Shown here: piece by piece, positions 51,013 through 52,091 of the stretch
Layout of the letters: each line of letters starts with the position of its first letter
Numbering within the stretch: position 1 is the first letter of the stretch
Origin: Octopus sinensis
Lineage: Eukaryota
Assembly (NCBI RefSeq): GCF_006345805.1
Contig: NW_021834430.1
Coordinates: 1-52,091 of the forward strand
DNA: 52,091 bases
Direction: 5' to 3'
Position numbers and translations under genes: made by a program
Notes under the pieces: model-generated
What the model was told of the DNA's origin: nothing
What the model saw: only the letters and a program-made list of their open reading frames with translations
The model's database searches: none

Positions 51013-51150
51013 TATATGCATATATATACATACTTATATATATATATCTATATATATATATACATATATATGCATATATATATATATATGCATATATATA
51101 TATATATATCTATATATATATTATATGTATATACATACATATATCATCTA

Positions 51151-51267
<117 letters not shown>

Positions 51268-51275
51268 TATACATA

Positions 51276-51395
51276 TCACCGTGATCACCGTGACCGACAA
51301 GGCCTTCAGTGTTCCTACACAACGCTGGTCACAATGCGTTTCGCATTGTTTTAGCCTTCAAATGACGCCACCCCGCTGGCTAAGCGAGTAGGCCA
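51276..51395 (-). mobile_element. SINE family C 3' tail fragment
   Basis: Matches 7844-7955. Confidence 0.8.
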
Positions 51396-51396
51396 C

Positions 51397-51866
51397 TACT
51401 GGGGCAGACTGGAAAAGCTGAAACTGTATTCACTCCAACGACGCCGTGAACGCTACATTATCTGTATGATGTGGAAAATATTCCATCAGCACTGTCCAAA
51501 TGATGTTGGCATCACCTTCAAAATACATCCAAGACTTGGACCCCGTGCCATCCGTCCACAATAAAAATCTAAATCGCATCTCATAACAACAATACGGCAC
51601 AATTATTTCACCTCAATTGGATCCGCTCTCTTCAACATTATGCCAGGACACGTCAAAACAGAAACTGACCACACAAAATTTAAGAAGTCTTTGGACAAAT
51701 TCCTTCAAACAGTCCCGGACAAACCACCCACACCCGGATATGTCTCCGCAAACAATAACTCTTTGTTCGAATGGGCCTTGATGCCCAAATCCTAAATTGA
51801 AAGACTTCGCCAGGTGGTACTATTAAGTTAGACATGGCCTGGGCCAACACTGACCAAAACCTTTCT
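51397..51866 (+). mobile_element. CR1/L2-group LINE, 5'-truncated ORF2 C-terminus and 3' UTR
   Basis: 51397-51795 reads YWGRLEKLKLYSLQRRRERYIICMMWKI...LFNIMPGHVK...KFKKSLDKFLQTVPDKP...*, with one internal stop at 51562-51564; the L.L.SL..RR and FK..LDKFL motifs are typical. Confidence 0.8.
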
Positions 51867-51924
51867 AAGTTAAGTTATTCTATATATATATATATATAAT
51901 ATATATAATATATATATATATATT

Positions 51925-52075
51925 ATATGCGACTGTCCTCTTCAGTTTCCGTCTACCAATCCACTCAAGGATGTAGTCGGTGCGAAGCTATAGCAGAAAA
52001 ACACTTGCCCGAGGTGCCACGCAGTAAACCCGCTAAGCAAGCTACTTAACACACAGCCAATCCGCACCTATATAT
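51925..52075 (-). mobile_element. SINE family B 5' half, diverged
   Basis: Reverse head and CORE-like block. Confidence 0.7.
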
Positions 52076-52091
52076 ATATTTAGTATAATTT

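Overview
Eukaryotic, AT-rich, microsatellite-saturated DNA. The repeat families and compound microsatellites look like an Octopus genome; this species call is from recognition of repeats, not a database search. The only host protein-coding sequence I can support is one 173-nt minus-strand exon (3521-3693). It encodes the second half of a cold-shock domain plus the basic linker of LIN-28 (SVIHKSGFRSLADGERVEFEWRVSEKGIEATFVCGPDGRECRGSDRRPVSRKKFRKI[R]), with canonical AG/GT splice sites in phase 0 and phase 2. The ORF track misses it. I found neither the upstream CKWFN..DVFVHQ exon nor the downstream CCHC exon, so the rest of the window appears to be lin-28 intron (at least 48 kb upstream of the exon). 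That intron holds at least four tRNA-type SINE families, including head-less concatemers with a fixed junction. It also holds hAT and Tigger-like MITEs with intact target-site duplications, Helitron and Helentron-like elements, fragments of R4/Dong, RTE and CR1-type LINEs, three decayed hammerhead-ribozyme motifs of Penelope type, a 235-bp fold-back, and a few unique motif-rich islands that may be enhancers. Nearly all ORFs in the supplied track are microsatellite or SINE artefacts. Repeat boundaries are approximate (about 10-20 nt) unless a TSD is quoted.
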